Shown: one piece after another, positions 13,324 to 26,036 of the stretch
How positions within the stretch are numbered: position 1 is the first letter of the stretch
Layout of the letters: each line of letters starts with the position of its first letter
The notes under the pieces: model-generated
Database searches by the model: none
What the model was told of the DNA's origin: nothing
The model's input: the letters and a program-made list of their open reading frames with translations, nothing else
Source of the DNA: Tubulanus polymorphus
Taxonomy: Eukaryota; Animalia; Nemertea
DNA: 64,000 bases
Direction: 5' to 3'
NCBI RefSeq assembly: GCF_964204645.1
Contig: NC_134030.1
Span: forward strand, 15,872,110-15,936,109
Translations under genes and position numbers: made by a program

Positions 13324-13913
13324 GTATGTTGATTAATTCATATAAAATATTAATATTATCTTAATAGATCGTCTGTAATGCTTAACCTTTTCAATAGCAT
13401 AACAACTGCACCTTTCTTGGTTTTATGTATAACAAATTCCTTGTGAAATATTTCACTGGAACATGTATGCCAATCATCAGGAGATTTTAATTCACTGATT
13501 TGTCAATTGGTTTGTCTGAATTGACAAAGTATGAGGCTAACAATGCGTGCCTGCTGATGTGTGAGAGTGCTGTGAATACTATCATGGCTGAGTCACTGCT
13601 ATTAGTAGACTCACTCGGGTGATTACTAACACACACAGCCATGTATATTGTAACCTATATTTGCACACACGTGGCATACTGCTGACGCACATATATACAA
13701 ATGTGTTAGCCGCTGTGAGGTGTTGAAAGAAACAAAGTAACAAAATAGTTCTAAATAGCTTATGTTAGTAAAGAATGACCTCAAATAAATATGGAACACT
13801 CTTATTGATTTTGATGATCTTCAGGAGCATTAGAGTGACAGTTCGGAAAGTGATTATTTAGGTCAGATCGTCTTATTAGACGGAAAATATGGTATGCTGT
13901 ATCATTAAAGAAG

Positions 13914-15232
13914 TTTTGGCTCGCGTTAGTGAGCCTATGTCAACGGTCTGGCCATTCGATAATCATTTGTATGCTTAATACACTACGCTCGAAGCTATTT
14001 TTAGCACTCTCAAATGCAATTTCAGTAGCCTGTAATTTCACTACTAATTGGCGAATTGAATGGATTAAGCAAAAATATATTTCGTAATTGGTTTTTCTTT
14101 ATGGTGCGCAAAGTTGACAGCCGTGGGTTTCATAGTTTTTGAGAAATTTACCAAAAAGTTTCAAAAATTTCGATTTATTTGAGCAGGTTTTTTTATGCAG
14201 CATCTTTAACTGTCCAAAATAACAGGTGTGAAAATTCAATGCTATTTGCGTTGGAAGAACTTTATGTCGCCAAGATCCGACGCTTTGTTCGGTAGTTATG
14301 GGCTTTCAAAGACGAAACCCCCCAAAATCTTGGTTATGTATAATTTGTGTTGACCTGGTTTTGACTTCCATTATGACATCATAACATTGAACGAGGTGGA
14401 TCAGCTGGTGCGCGTTATTTCACAAACCAAATGGCGGCATGATTGAATAGGTTGATATTCATCATTGCTAGCGCGAATACTGATATTCAAGGCGTACGAT
14501 ATAAGGATTTATTGTGTGCGATGTGTTCAATGATTCATCTGGTTTTGATATCCCGTGCGTAAGGTAACGTTGCATCAAGATATCTGACGAAAATGTGGTT
14601 TCAAAATGCGGAAATTTACTTCTGTGTTGGCCATATGGCTGATACTGACAGCATCGAATTTTTAGAGATGAGTCTGATTTACACGTCCGGAATACTTGTT
14701 TTATCATCATTAATTGAAGTTATTTAGCATTAGCGATCCGTTTTGGAGCTTGATTATAAATATTAGTTTGTTAACTGCGGCACATCAATGAGCATTCGTG
14801 TTGAAAACAGTCGTGTACAGTCGCGTAGGCAATATCGCCTTATACTCTCGTGTTCACTGTGTGTTTTTATCAGTTAGAGAGTACGCTCGCCACGGTATAG
14901 GTCACGCGTAACGATGATTTGTCTGAGTGAAGATGTGAGCTACATAAAGCAATCCTATCGTGAGATTATTAAAAATCATGTCAGTCGATAAACTTTGTTT
15001 CGTCAGTAACCGGCACTGGCCTCAAATTTGAAGAACTTGGGAGCTTCTGTCCTGATTGGTCCGTATGATAATGAAAAACCTCCAATGAAACCCAGGCTCT
15101 CACCAAGTTTGAACCGTATCTTATTTGATCACTCATAGTTTTAGTTGTTTTACATCATTTAAGGGATGTATTACAATTATGAACATTTGTTCAGACAAAA
15201 GGCCCATATCAATTTTTCGAAGATTTCATTCT
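13914..15232 (+). repeat. Interspersed repeat R3, copy 2 (HINE-like 5' hairpin)
   Basis: Shared with 3699-4800; begins TTTTGGCTCGCGTTAGTGAGCC. Confidence 0.75.
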
Positions 15233-15743
15233 TGTAAGCGTGATACAGCCTATGATTGTTGATGGATTTTCATGAGATCTAGTGGGTGGGATATGGATTT
15301 GGTATGGGGTATATATTGGTGACAATCCCCGCCAAAAAGATATAATTTTGTTTCTCGTAGCGAAAAAGACAATTCCACGCCGCATAGACATTTTCACGCC
15401 GTGAAGACATTTTTGCGCTGCAAAGTCATGCGCCAAAATGTCAGTAGATGGCATCATGTAGGTATAAGTTATGTCGTCCTGGTAACCTGGAAATTATTCT
15501 TTCAGCGTTATCATTTTAGCTGTTTCGACGTTTCGACTAACCAGTTTGCGGTATCTTCTTAAAATGACAGATATTTTGGAAATCGAGAAATAGTTCGCCT
15601 GTTTACTGGAGAGCGTTGTTTTCTATCGTCTACAGCAGATCTCACAGCGCATATGCGCAGCAGAAGTAAACAAACATACGTGTCAGCTGTGGCGGATAGA
15701 AAACATTAGGTGGTGTCGATTTTCTATCCATCAGAGCTACAGA

Positions 15744-15914
15744 GGCTCGTATCAGAGTTGTAAATTAATGTAAAAACGATTATCTGTTAGTCCAAAGTCT
15801 ACAGTATATATATAATAACTAATTCATTATTTTAGATAATTATTCTATATATACTATTGACATTGGATAAACAGATTATCATTTTTACATTAATCTACAA
15901 CTCTGATGCGAGCC
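15744..15914. repeat. Long hairpin with ~75 bp arms, probably the core of a MITE
   Basis: GGCTCGTATCAGAGTTGTAAATTAATGTAAAAA... pairs with ...TTTTTACATTAATCTACAACTCTGATGCGAGCC. Confidence 0.8.
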
Positions 15915-16546
15915 CATGTGATCAGTGCAGGATCGTTCAACTGCTGTGGTGGATAGAAAATAGGTTTCTTTTCTACTTTCTATCTGTCAGAGCAGCTCGT
16001 ATAACTGCTGTGATGGATTGAAATTAGGTTTCTTTTCGATTATTTAACCGTTCAGAGCCGGATCTATAATGCAGGGCTTTCAATTAACGTTGATCGGTTG
16101 GTTTTCGTTCGATAAACATATTTCAATTATTTCAAAAGTATTTTTGTGTGTATTATTAACTGGCAAATGAATCTCATTTCTTTCCTTTTTAATTATTTTT
16201 ATGTTTTGGAAATTATTTCCGGGTTTCTCAGGATGACGTCATTTACATGTACGTGGCTCCAGTATTTCAGTATTTTGAGGACTTAAGTATCAAATTTATC
16301 ATAAGCTATGGGTTCAAATCCCACTATAACCATGTTTGTGCAGCATACGAAAAAGGTAACGGGCGGAATCAAGCGGCTTGAGGAGTAATGGGCAGGGCGG
16401 ATACGGGCAGCTTGAGTGCTAATGGGTTAAGGATATATTTGCTGTATCTTTCAATATGCTTTGATGTATTGTCATAAGTGGTTATAAAAAAAATACTGCA
16501 TGGCAATAAGCACCATATTTATGAAGTTGTTAATGGTATATTGTAG

Positions 16547-16695
16547 GTTGGATGTTGTGTATGATCCTAAGAAGAGTGAGGCAGCATGCAGACCGGTACT
16601 GTTAGATGATGGACGTTCTGTTTACAAGTGCACTTATTGCCCAAAAGAGTTCCCAAATTATTCTGATATTAGACGACATATTAGTTTCCATGAAG
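16547..16695 (+). CDS. C2H2 zinc-finger gene, exon 5 in window
   Basis: ttgtag acceptor, phase 2; YKCTYCPKEFPNYSDIRRHISFHE; phase-1 donor G|GTAAC. Confidence 0.88.
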
Positions 16696-19615
16696 GTAAC
16701 CTCGATACAGCCAGGGATGGATCCAAGGGGACAAATATGGCCTAGGCCAAAACCGCTATTATTGCCATGATACATTTCACAACCTGGCTTAAGAAAGTTA
16801 CACATACAGTGGCAAATTATTGCTGATGATTTTTTTCTCGCTGAGTATTGCTGCAAGATTCTTATATCCTATTATATATTGCTAATAATGAAAATGATAA
16901 AATTTATAAAGCGCTGTAATTCTGGAGTCAGCAAGCAAGGAAAAGTACTGTCTTTAGGTAAGACTCGAATTAGATAAATGACATAGTGATGTTATGTTAA
17001 GGACTGAGACTCCAATTAGATAAATGACATAGTGATGTTATGTTAAGGACTGAAGGTTTTATACCCTAGATTCATTGGGTTGGCATCTTTCCCCTTGATA
17101 TTGAGATTTTGACGTTATTAGTGCCTCTCAACCACAGTTTTGAATAAGGCCTTAATTTTTGGCTGTGCCTTCAACCCCCATGGTTTTGGTAGAAAAGTAC
17201 CACTGATCCCTCAGTCATCATTATGATATATGACAGCAAGTGTCCCTGGTTCCACGATTGTGGTGAGTTTCAAGGTCATTGTTTTCAGTAAATGTTCAAC
17301 AGGGGCATTTGATATTGATATCATCCAATTTTTGGTTTACCTTTGTCAGCGATATGAGGTTGGCATTGAGCCAATTCATGTAAAATCGAGGTAAGTTTTT
17401 TTTTGTGAGCATTTGTTTCATTGGTTCTCGGCTTAAACGACGTATAATCGATGCGATTGAAGACGTGGCGAACCTCCGTCGATGTACATGGTCAACTGAG
17501 TTAAAATTCTACGAAAAACTGTTTTTGGCGGGAAAATTCTTAGCTCTCTCGTAAAAAATTGCAATGACCTCGATTGGGGGGCGTCGTCTCTACGAGCGAA
17601 TGGGATTGGCTGTTTTTGGGATATACGGGGAATTCCGGCGCTACTAAAATGATTATGGGAAAGCCATAGAATGGCGTACGTTTCATTGGACTAGGTGCCG
17701 TATACGTGCAAATTTTAAATGCTCATTGCTGGTGAGGATGTAATTATTTCACACACCCGCCATAGGTATTGTTTCATTTTAATACCCGGTGATTGTTTTG
17801 ATTGACATTGAAGTGTAAGCGAACATTCACTTACACGAGGCCTCCACCTGTGCGCGCGGAGTGCTTCACGACACACGCATAAGTTCGTACAGTACACTAC
17901 TCAAGGTGATGCTGTAACGCGTGCGCGTTTGACATAAATTGTAATTTCTTGTGTGTTTCTGAAAATATTAAGCAGCAAACTAAAAGTATAGGTCGAGGTC
18001 TGAATATTGTAGTCGTAAATTCCAGAATTTAAAACGATCTAATAACCCATTTCTTCTGTACCGGTACTTTAACTTCCGCGGCCTACATTGGAAGAGGTTT
18101 CCATGACCCAATATTCAGCCACCCTCTGATATGTGACATCATATGAATTTTAGGCCATCCCATATTAATGGTCTGTTTGCCGTAACCCGACTGATCCGAC
18201 TTCAAAGGTACCGAATGAAAACTTTTTTTCTGGGATTCATTGAAATAGATTTTATTTTCGATAAAAACGGCCGACCGACCCACTGCCTAGATGAGCTACG
18301 TATTATATATGTTTGAATTCAAGTGTGCATCGTGTGAAAACATGCCTTGTCAATGTGGCCTAATTTAAGTTTTCCAGGAAACTGGCAGTGTTCCAATAAG
18401 CTGCCATTGATTCTCGGTGTACTCTTTAATGACCTCCGAAGTCTCCGTCCGAAATCTCCGGTTGGCTCCACACAAAATCCAAATCACACCACCTCGACAG
18501 AAAGGAGGTTTCGGAGACTCCAAAAAGTCACGTGACCAATAAAAGAGTACAATTGGAGGCAAACGGATTCTCCGATCTGATAAAAGAGTTCGCCCATAGT
18601 GAAAGCTGGTAACGTAAAACCGCGCACATATTCAATATACTGTTTCATTTTTAACACAGAGATGACGCTCTGGACGAAGTTATAATTTTAGAATAATTCT
18701 CGAAATCTACGCTAGTAGACAAATTTCCCGTGCACAAGGTAGATGATTTTTGCGATATTGTTTCCATGTAAAAAGGTGATAAATTTGTTTTTTTTGCCCA
18801 AAAATTTAGCAAAAAAAAATTTTTCCTACCTACCGACTCATGCTGAAAAGTTGAGTCGGTGTTATGGCAAACAGACAATTATTTTGGGATGGCCTTATTT
18901 GAATATTTTTTTCATATTGTGAAACATATTTTTTTAAAAAATATAAAATAATTTCCCTGCCACGCCTACCTGTACCCTACAAACTTTTGGACGTGGACCG
19001 TAACCAAATGTATATCTTTGGTCTTATTTGACTACAAAATAATCCTTTAAGAAAGATAAAATACAATATAAACTTGTGGAACTTTGAAGTCACGAATTAA
19101 AAAGATTTTTCAAGCAATGCCCTTACTCCAACCAACCTCTAGCTTTCAAGGTAAACCACACTTTGCCCATGGGCAATTTATTTAAGATTTCAAACTACTT
19201 TCCAAGTTGGCATGGTGTCCCATGACCCCTAGTTTAACTAAGAAGTGCCCCTGATAGCAATCGTTTTGCTGTTATTGTGCCCAGTCAATAAAAGGTATTG
19301 ACATGAAATGACCCTCACTCTGTATTATAATGACATATTGTGCCCCTCTCTCCATCAAACGATGCTTGGATTGATGTATAATGTTGGTACTGGGGTTACT
19401 AATATTCAACAGATATTGTGGTTACTGATATGCCATATTCTAGACAGTTGCAGAAAATTTTGTCCTTTTTAGCGGTTAAACCATCATCATTCAGTTTCCA
19501 AAATATCGACGCCTGCTGAGAGATGTCTCATTGATGGCAGGAAAGTTACATAGACACTACCTATTTTTAACACTGATTGACTGATTACACTTATATATCT
19601 TTTTTTCATTTCTAG

Positions 19616-19699
19616 ATGTACGTCCATATAAATGCCAGTTCTGTCCCTACTGTTCACGTACCAGCAGTCAATTGAAAGTTCATATGATGAGACATCAGG
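19616..19699 (+). CDS. C2H2 zinc-finger gene, exon 6 in window (84 nt, one finger)
   Basis: tttctag acceptor; DVRPYKCQFCPYCSRTSSQLKVHMMRHQ; phase 1 on both sides; too short for the ORF track. Confidence 0.9.
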
Positions 19700-20573
19700 G
19701 TATGTATATCACCAGTAATCCAGAGCTTTCAAACTCTCCATAAAATTATCTTTTTAGCTCGGCTGTGACCAAAGGTGATGGGTCTGAGGGTCCTCTGTAT
19801 AGACACTCTTTGACACTTTACAGCAGCTCGGACTAATGCTCGGGGCTGTCAATACATTCTCTACATGCTGTCTTATCAACACATAAAGCTATATCACATT
19901 ATGGCCACTATCACTATTTCTTATGTCCACAAGGCACCAGGTCAAACCATCATACACGCCGCCTAGGCATTCTCCCCAAATCAGTGACTATAACAACCAT
20001 CAGCAATCAGAGAATGACTGGATGGTATATGGACGTAGCTGATATAGTTGCCGATTTTTATCGGGATTGTCATCATCCCGCAACACACACACACGATTTC
20101 TATATTGACAGGACAGAAAGCTTGGCCCATCTGAATGCATATTTCTCTGGTTCTTACCCCAGCTCCTTGATTGGAGAGAGGTGCTTCTGCGCTATAACAC
20201 ACACTGGAACCCTTGACTACAATTTTTCTAAAGACCACACGGATTTAAAAGTCTCATATTGTACCGAGCCCAACAACTGTTGAGTCCATTCAGATTACTT
20301 ATATTATAGAGAGACACAACAGTTGCAATCGCTACCCATCGGATGGGCTAGCCATATCAGCTTTTATCTGTTGATACACACATCAGGACAACATATCTAG
20401 AATAATCCTATAAATCTCTATTAGAGATCCGATTCGGCCCAAGAGTCTGCTGATGTGTGCCCTACATATCTTTTTAGTCAAGTGTGCATCGTGTGAAAAC
20501 GTGCCTTGAGGTGTGACCTAGTTTTGAATTTTCCAGGAAACTTTTCCCTGATTTCTGCGGTTGGAAGTCCATT

Positions 20574-22075
20574 TTTTAGCCCACTTGGGACTTTAGTCCC
20601 AGCGGGCTATTGCGTTCACTTTTCGTCCATTCATCCGGCCGTCCATCCGGCCGTCCATCCGGCCGTCTGTAGACGGAATCCAGTTATTTTGGGAAGTTTT
20701 GAAGACACTTCAAGGTAATGTCTTGATATTTGGTTTATACGTCATGCATTCAAAGTAGAACAATTTAGAACCAATCGAAAGAAATTTTCATTAAAAGTAT
20801 CAGCCCCTTTAACTTGGAATAACTTACCTTACTCACTGAAGATCATTGGATCAGTATCCCCTCCAGTTTTTAAACGTGCTCTCAAACAGTATCTTCTCAA
20901 TTAATGTTTCAATAACCTTGCCAGTCTCTGCAATCTGGCACTTAAATATTTTCAGTGTGAATGTAGTGTGAAAGAGAGTGTGATTGGGTGTACGAGGGTG
21001 GCATGAATATCATATAAACCTTAACAGGTTTCTTCATGTTTCCCTCCATCTTGAATTTTTGTATTTGTATTACTTTGTACGATTATTATAATTCAAAATG
21101 GAAAAATAAATAATAATGATAATACATGTATCTACCCTAGACACATCTTCAGCCCAAAAACTGGCCCTGACAGAATCAAGATGGCCGACTGGCAGCCATT
21201 GTTGCTCTCCAAAATCCACTTTTTACACGTTTTTGAACTTTTTGAGGGAAATTTTGAAGACGCCTTGATCAATTACCTTGATCTTTCGTGTATATTTGAA
21301 CCCCCCAGGGCCCATCAACATAACAAAAATTGGGTCGATCGGACTCAAGATGGCCGTCCTATGACCTTTTTAGTGCCCAAAAATGTTAATTTTGGCCCGA
21401 ATTCTTAGTCCTGTAGCTTCCTACTGGTTTGCCATTTCTCATTGCAATTGCTGATGGGTATTCTTCGGAAAGGGATGTTTTATACCTGAGAGGTATTTTT
21501 GATCAGCCAACTATGACGCAATTGGCTGCCATCTCGGTGTCATTAGTACTCATTCGTAGGTGGGAAAAAGTTTTTGACATTACATTGATACCTAACGACA
21601 ATTAATTACAAAGTTGTAGCTTATAACGTAATCTATAATTGTGGTCAGTTTCAAGGTCATTAGTTTTGGTATATGGCCACCATGGGGCGTTGAATAATAC
21701 AATATCTTAGTATTTCTATATTATATTTGTACCATACATATTTTGTTACAACAATCAATTGCAAAGTTTTAGCTCATGAAATTGTCAATGGTTGTGGTGA
21801 GTTTTAAGGAAATTAGTTATTCTATATGGTCACCAGAGGGCGTTGAATGGTAGAGTAACCTAGTATTTCCTTATTATAATGGTACCTAGGCATATTTTAT
21901 TACCATGATCAATTGCAAAGTTGTAGTTCATGACATGTTCTATGATTGTAGTGAGTTTCAAGGTCATTGGTTTTTGTACATGGTCACCAAGGGGGCGTTG
22001 AATATTGAAATTGTTAGATTGTTGAGCATTTGAAACTAATTTTCAAGTGGGCAGGGTGTTCCTGGACCCCTTGTT
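20574..22075 (+). mobile_element. HINE family R1, copy 2, carrying a nested LINE 3' fragment
   Basis: Same termini, (CCGTCCATCCGG)n microsatellite and internal tandem units as 417-1647. Confidence 0.75.
20741..21121 (+). mobile_element. Severely 5'-truncated CR1/L2-group LINE (ORF2 C-terminus and 3' UTR)
   Basis: Encodes RTNRKKFSLKVSAPLTWNNLPYSLK...FKRALKQYLLN*; AAT-type tail; ATAC duplication at both ends; absent from R1 copy 1. Confidence 0.75.
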
Positions 22076-22503
22076 ATTCTTGGGATTGATGAGAAAATGA
22101 CCATTGAGAAAATGACTGGAAAGTTGTAAGTTTAGTTTGTAGCACACTTAAAGAACAAACAGACTGTAAAATCGTTTCATAAAACCGGTCCTACGATCTC
22201 TGAAATCTTTTTTACAACATCATTATGAAACATCTGTGTTTTCTAGACCCACTGTCCGCGCGCATTCTACAAATCAATAATATAAATACATCTTATAGCG
22301 CTGTACAGGAAATCTAGACCAAGAATCTCCAGTCAAGTGCTTCAATTCAGCCTAATAGCTATCCAATATCTTTGTTAGAAAAATCATGAGAGCAGTGACT
22401 GGAGGATTAACCAACGTTTGTAGAAATGACATTTGCTGGCGGGATACAACACCACTTCTTAAGATATTTAAAACTATTTCTACTTATGTTGTACAATTTT
22501 CAG

Positions 22504-22772
22504 GTATTCGTGAGTTTAAATGTAAACTATGTAACTATGAAGGAGTAACTCAGTCAGACTTAAACAGGCATTTACGTTCACAAACTCACATGTATTTAGA
22601 ACGTGCTGGTTTCCGATGCAACAAATGCGGTCTCGGATTCGAAAATGAGGTTGCTGTGCAACAGCATACTTCACAGTGTACTGGAGAAAATGGTAAACCA
22701 ACAGAAAAAAAACCAGAAAAACGTCGTCTTCAGGCGGTAGAACTACTGCCTCAATTTGTACGTGGCAGATGA
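22504..22772 (+). CDS. C2H2 zinc-finger gene, terminal coding exon
   Basis: ttttcag acceptor; GIREFKCKLCNYEGVTQSDLNRHLRSQTH plus a C2HC-like finger CNKC..HTSQC; TGA ends at 22772. Confidence 0.85.
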
Positions 22773-23751
22773 GCAGTTTTGTTACTATGACTATAGGCAT
22801 ATTGACACTGTTTACCACAGTTTGCATGGCATTCCCATGTTAAACATGGAGCAAACTGCATCAAAATATTGTAAGATATTTTTACTTGTGTCAAGGCCTT
22901 TTCGTTGGAGAATATTTGATTACGGTAGCAACTATTGAGATCATTTTGTGAATCTTCATTTTTTGTACCACACAATAACGATTTCCCAAATGGAGCCATT
23001 TTCGTTTGTTAATTTAGTAAATCGTGAAATCTGTCAGGTGGTAATTTTGAAATCTATTTTATGGCTGAAGTTTGTGAAATATCCACTGTTTTGCATGCCC
23101 TTGATTGCCATGAGTATAATCGCAATGAAGTTTATTAGTTATCAAATGTGTTGATAAAATTGTCTCACGCCTTCAATATGAACACTGTATTTGGATACAT
23201 TATACTATATTATTGTGGGCCTATAGTAATTTTTTCTATTTCTTCCTTCTTTAAGTCTTTCATTGAATTATGGATATTGTTTTTAAGAAATTCTGTCATT
23301 AGTCAAGTCTTCCAATGTTGGCCCCTTGTAAGAATGACAATTGTTGATTTAAGTTTGAAAATTATGATTTCATTTGCTTTGTGATAATGACATGGAGTTC
23401 TCGTTGCAACTCATGAATCAATTTTACGATATATTTTGTTACTTTTTTAAAGTATAAAGATGCATAGATGGTGGATGGGGCAAGCGTGTGTCCAGGGTCA
23501 CAGCTGTGTATTAATAAATATTTTGAATTCGTTTTTTTTTTTGCGTATGACAATTTGTTCCAGCTGCAAAATTTCGTTATTGCTCTCTTCGGCTTTTAGT
23601 GATGTCATTTCCACGGTACCCTCTATTATACTTATTTGTCGTGCGTTGGGATATTATTGCTGTATAACAACATAATATTTCTCATGGTCTGGGAAATAAT
23701 GTGACACGGACATAAATTAATGATTGAAAGTGATGTATAGTCATACCGCAT

Positions 23752-24122
23752 TATCATTAATAAACCATCATCGTGGTATCATTAATCATTAATTAACTTA
23801 GATTGTCGAAATGTTAAAGAATTATCCCAATATCGATTGAAACCAATTGGTGCTGTTGACGATTTCCATTTCAATTTCATTGTTTGATTGAAAAATAAAA
23901 TTCATTTTCAATTCAAAATCAGTAAATTTATTCGCGTTCATTGTACCCACGTGGTATCATTAATAAACCATTATCGTGGTATCATTAATTAACTTAGATT
24001 GTCAAAATGTTAAAGAATTATCCCAATATCGATCAAAACCAATTGGTGCTGTTGACGATTACAATTCCATTGTTTAATTGAAAAATAAAATTTATTTTCA
24101 ATTCATAATCAGTCAATTTTAT
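23752..24122 (+). repeat. Tandem duplication of a ~190-200 bp unit containing AATAAA, in the likely 3' UTR of the ZF gene
   Basis: 23752-23932 is similar to 23955-24122. Confidence 0.8.
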
Positions 24123-24650
24123 CACCGTCATGACGTAGTCATGAAGGTTATAAGATGGTAGTGAGTTGATGAGGTCATTTTCGTGTCACCACTTATAACT
24201 TCAGATGAAGATTAATCTTATTAATGCAAAATTTTGCTTTTTAAATTTTTTCCCTGAATTATTAGAAAATGCTGATAGTAAGACCGTGGGAAAGTTTCCA
24301 TCGTTGAATGGGCAAATCACAGCGGCACCTGTGATAAGGCGGAAATAGTTTCATATGAGGGCAAAGCTTTTAAATGATTGGACAGTCAGAGGTGGTTTAT
24401 CTACTTTTTTTAACTATAGTGCTGCTATTTTCCAAGTCAAATTGCTAGATTTTAGAAGTGAACACTTGTAATTCAAGTGTGATTTTGATATGCGTAGAGA
24501 TTGATTATGACTGGTGTATTGAATGACGGCGCCATGTTTAAGCTGCGCGTCGATCATTGAATAGTGGAATTATAGGGTGCAATTATCTTGATTGTATCCG
24601 TACAAAGTTTATTAAAGGTAAGTGTCAACTATTGTCCATTATAGTCCTTG
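24120..24650 (+). repeat. 5' part of HINE-like family R5
   Basis: Starts ATCACCGTCATGACG; matches 28428-28630 plus 29868-30195. Confidence 0.7.
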
Positions 24651-25803
24651 CTTGAGCATCATTTGATTAAGAGTTAATACTACAGGTTGGCCAAAGTGCC
24701 TCCTGGGGTTCATGTCTCATGTTGCACTCCCTCACTTGGGCCTTCAGTTGGTTTGGCATGCTTAAAATCCTGGACACGCCCTTGGGATATATAGTTATAC
24801 AGGTGTATTTTAAATTCTAGACAATCTGAATGTATAAGTTATTCCATTGTGCTTATTACTTGAGACTATGTGTAATCAAGGCTTTAACTGGTTGTAATTT
24901 TTACTCAGTGTTTCTCATAAAACATAGTCTGACCAATATTGTAGCTGGAATGAAATATGATGATGTTGCTATACTGTGTTATCTAGATTATTAATTCTAT
25001 ATATCATTATTAGTAGTTACCTATTATCAATTATGATTGTTTTATTTTAATGAATTATATATGTCTATATTGAATCCTAGTCTTCTTGAATAGAAATGTT
25101 TTGTTTATAACATAAATTATTTGTTCAACTGAACCAGGGTATCTTTTCTCTTTGTATTTCTTTTTGAGAATGGCAGATTTTTCTTGTCATAAATAGGTCG
25201 TTTTGGGGATTAATATTGGAGTAGGCCTGAAAATGATCGAGGGGCACCCTAAATGACATACAGATTTTTGAATCCCTTTAACACTGTATTGAAAGATTTC
25301 AAAGAGTCATCCTTGCAAATACAAGACAATCATGATTTCTCCACATCTCTATGTAAAGAGTAAACATAATTTTAGCTTTTGGCCACACTAAGGACTTAAG
25401 TTCCAGCAGGCAATTGCGTTCATTCGCCATCGATCTGTCTGTAGACATAATCCAATGGAATCTCTCAATTTTTGAAAGATTTAATCGATAGGACATAAGA
25501 TGGCCATCCCATGACATTTTTTGTACCCAAAAAGTTATTTGTGGACCTGGATTCAGAGAATTGTTTCTAACTAATAGTTTGCCATGTGCTGTTGAAATTC
25601 ATGATGGGTATACTTTTGGAAGGGACCTTTAATACACCTACGAGTTTTTGATCAGCCAATTTTTTGCATAATTGGCGTCCATAACAGTCTCATTATCCCT
25701 CATATATAGGAGAAAAATGTGGTTTGAGGTAACTGTCAACTGGTTTTAATTTTTAGTCTTGATATCTGATAATTGCCTGTGTTGCCATAGGGCACAACTC
25801 ATT

Positions 25804-26036
25804 AGGGGTCGTACATAAAGTACGTAAGCTTGAAGTCCGGGTTTTCTTAACCTCCACCATGTATGCTTTCTGTACGTTCTGTAAGTACGTGTAAAAAGAG
25901 CATACTATAAAAAATTAACCCTCGGCCTTAAAAAAGTATGTACGCTTTGAGCTCACCTTTCTCCTCCCCTGCACATGTTTACAGATTTTTAAATCCCCCC
26001 ACTTACAGGCTTTCATACTCTATGCCCGGCCCCTTA
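25804..26036. mobile_element. Degenerate PIF/Harbinger-type MITE
   Basis: AGGGGTCGTACATAAAGTA ... TACTCTATGCCCGGCCCCT imperfect terminal inverted repeats. Confidence 0.5.

Noticed and set aside
19984-20360. 99 aa ORF with faint AP-endonuclease-like words (IVADF, GTLDY)
   Set aside because: Too degenerate to support; at most an old LINE scrap.
2461-22772. Assigning a gene symbol (Schnurri/HIVEP, SALL, ZNF236, ZFP64)
   Set aside because: Individual fingers resemble several families and the 5' end is missing; orthology needs a phylogeny.
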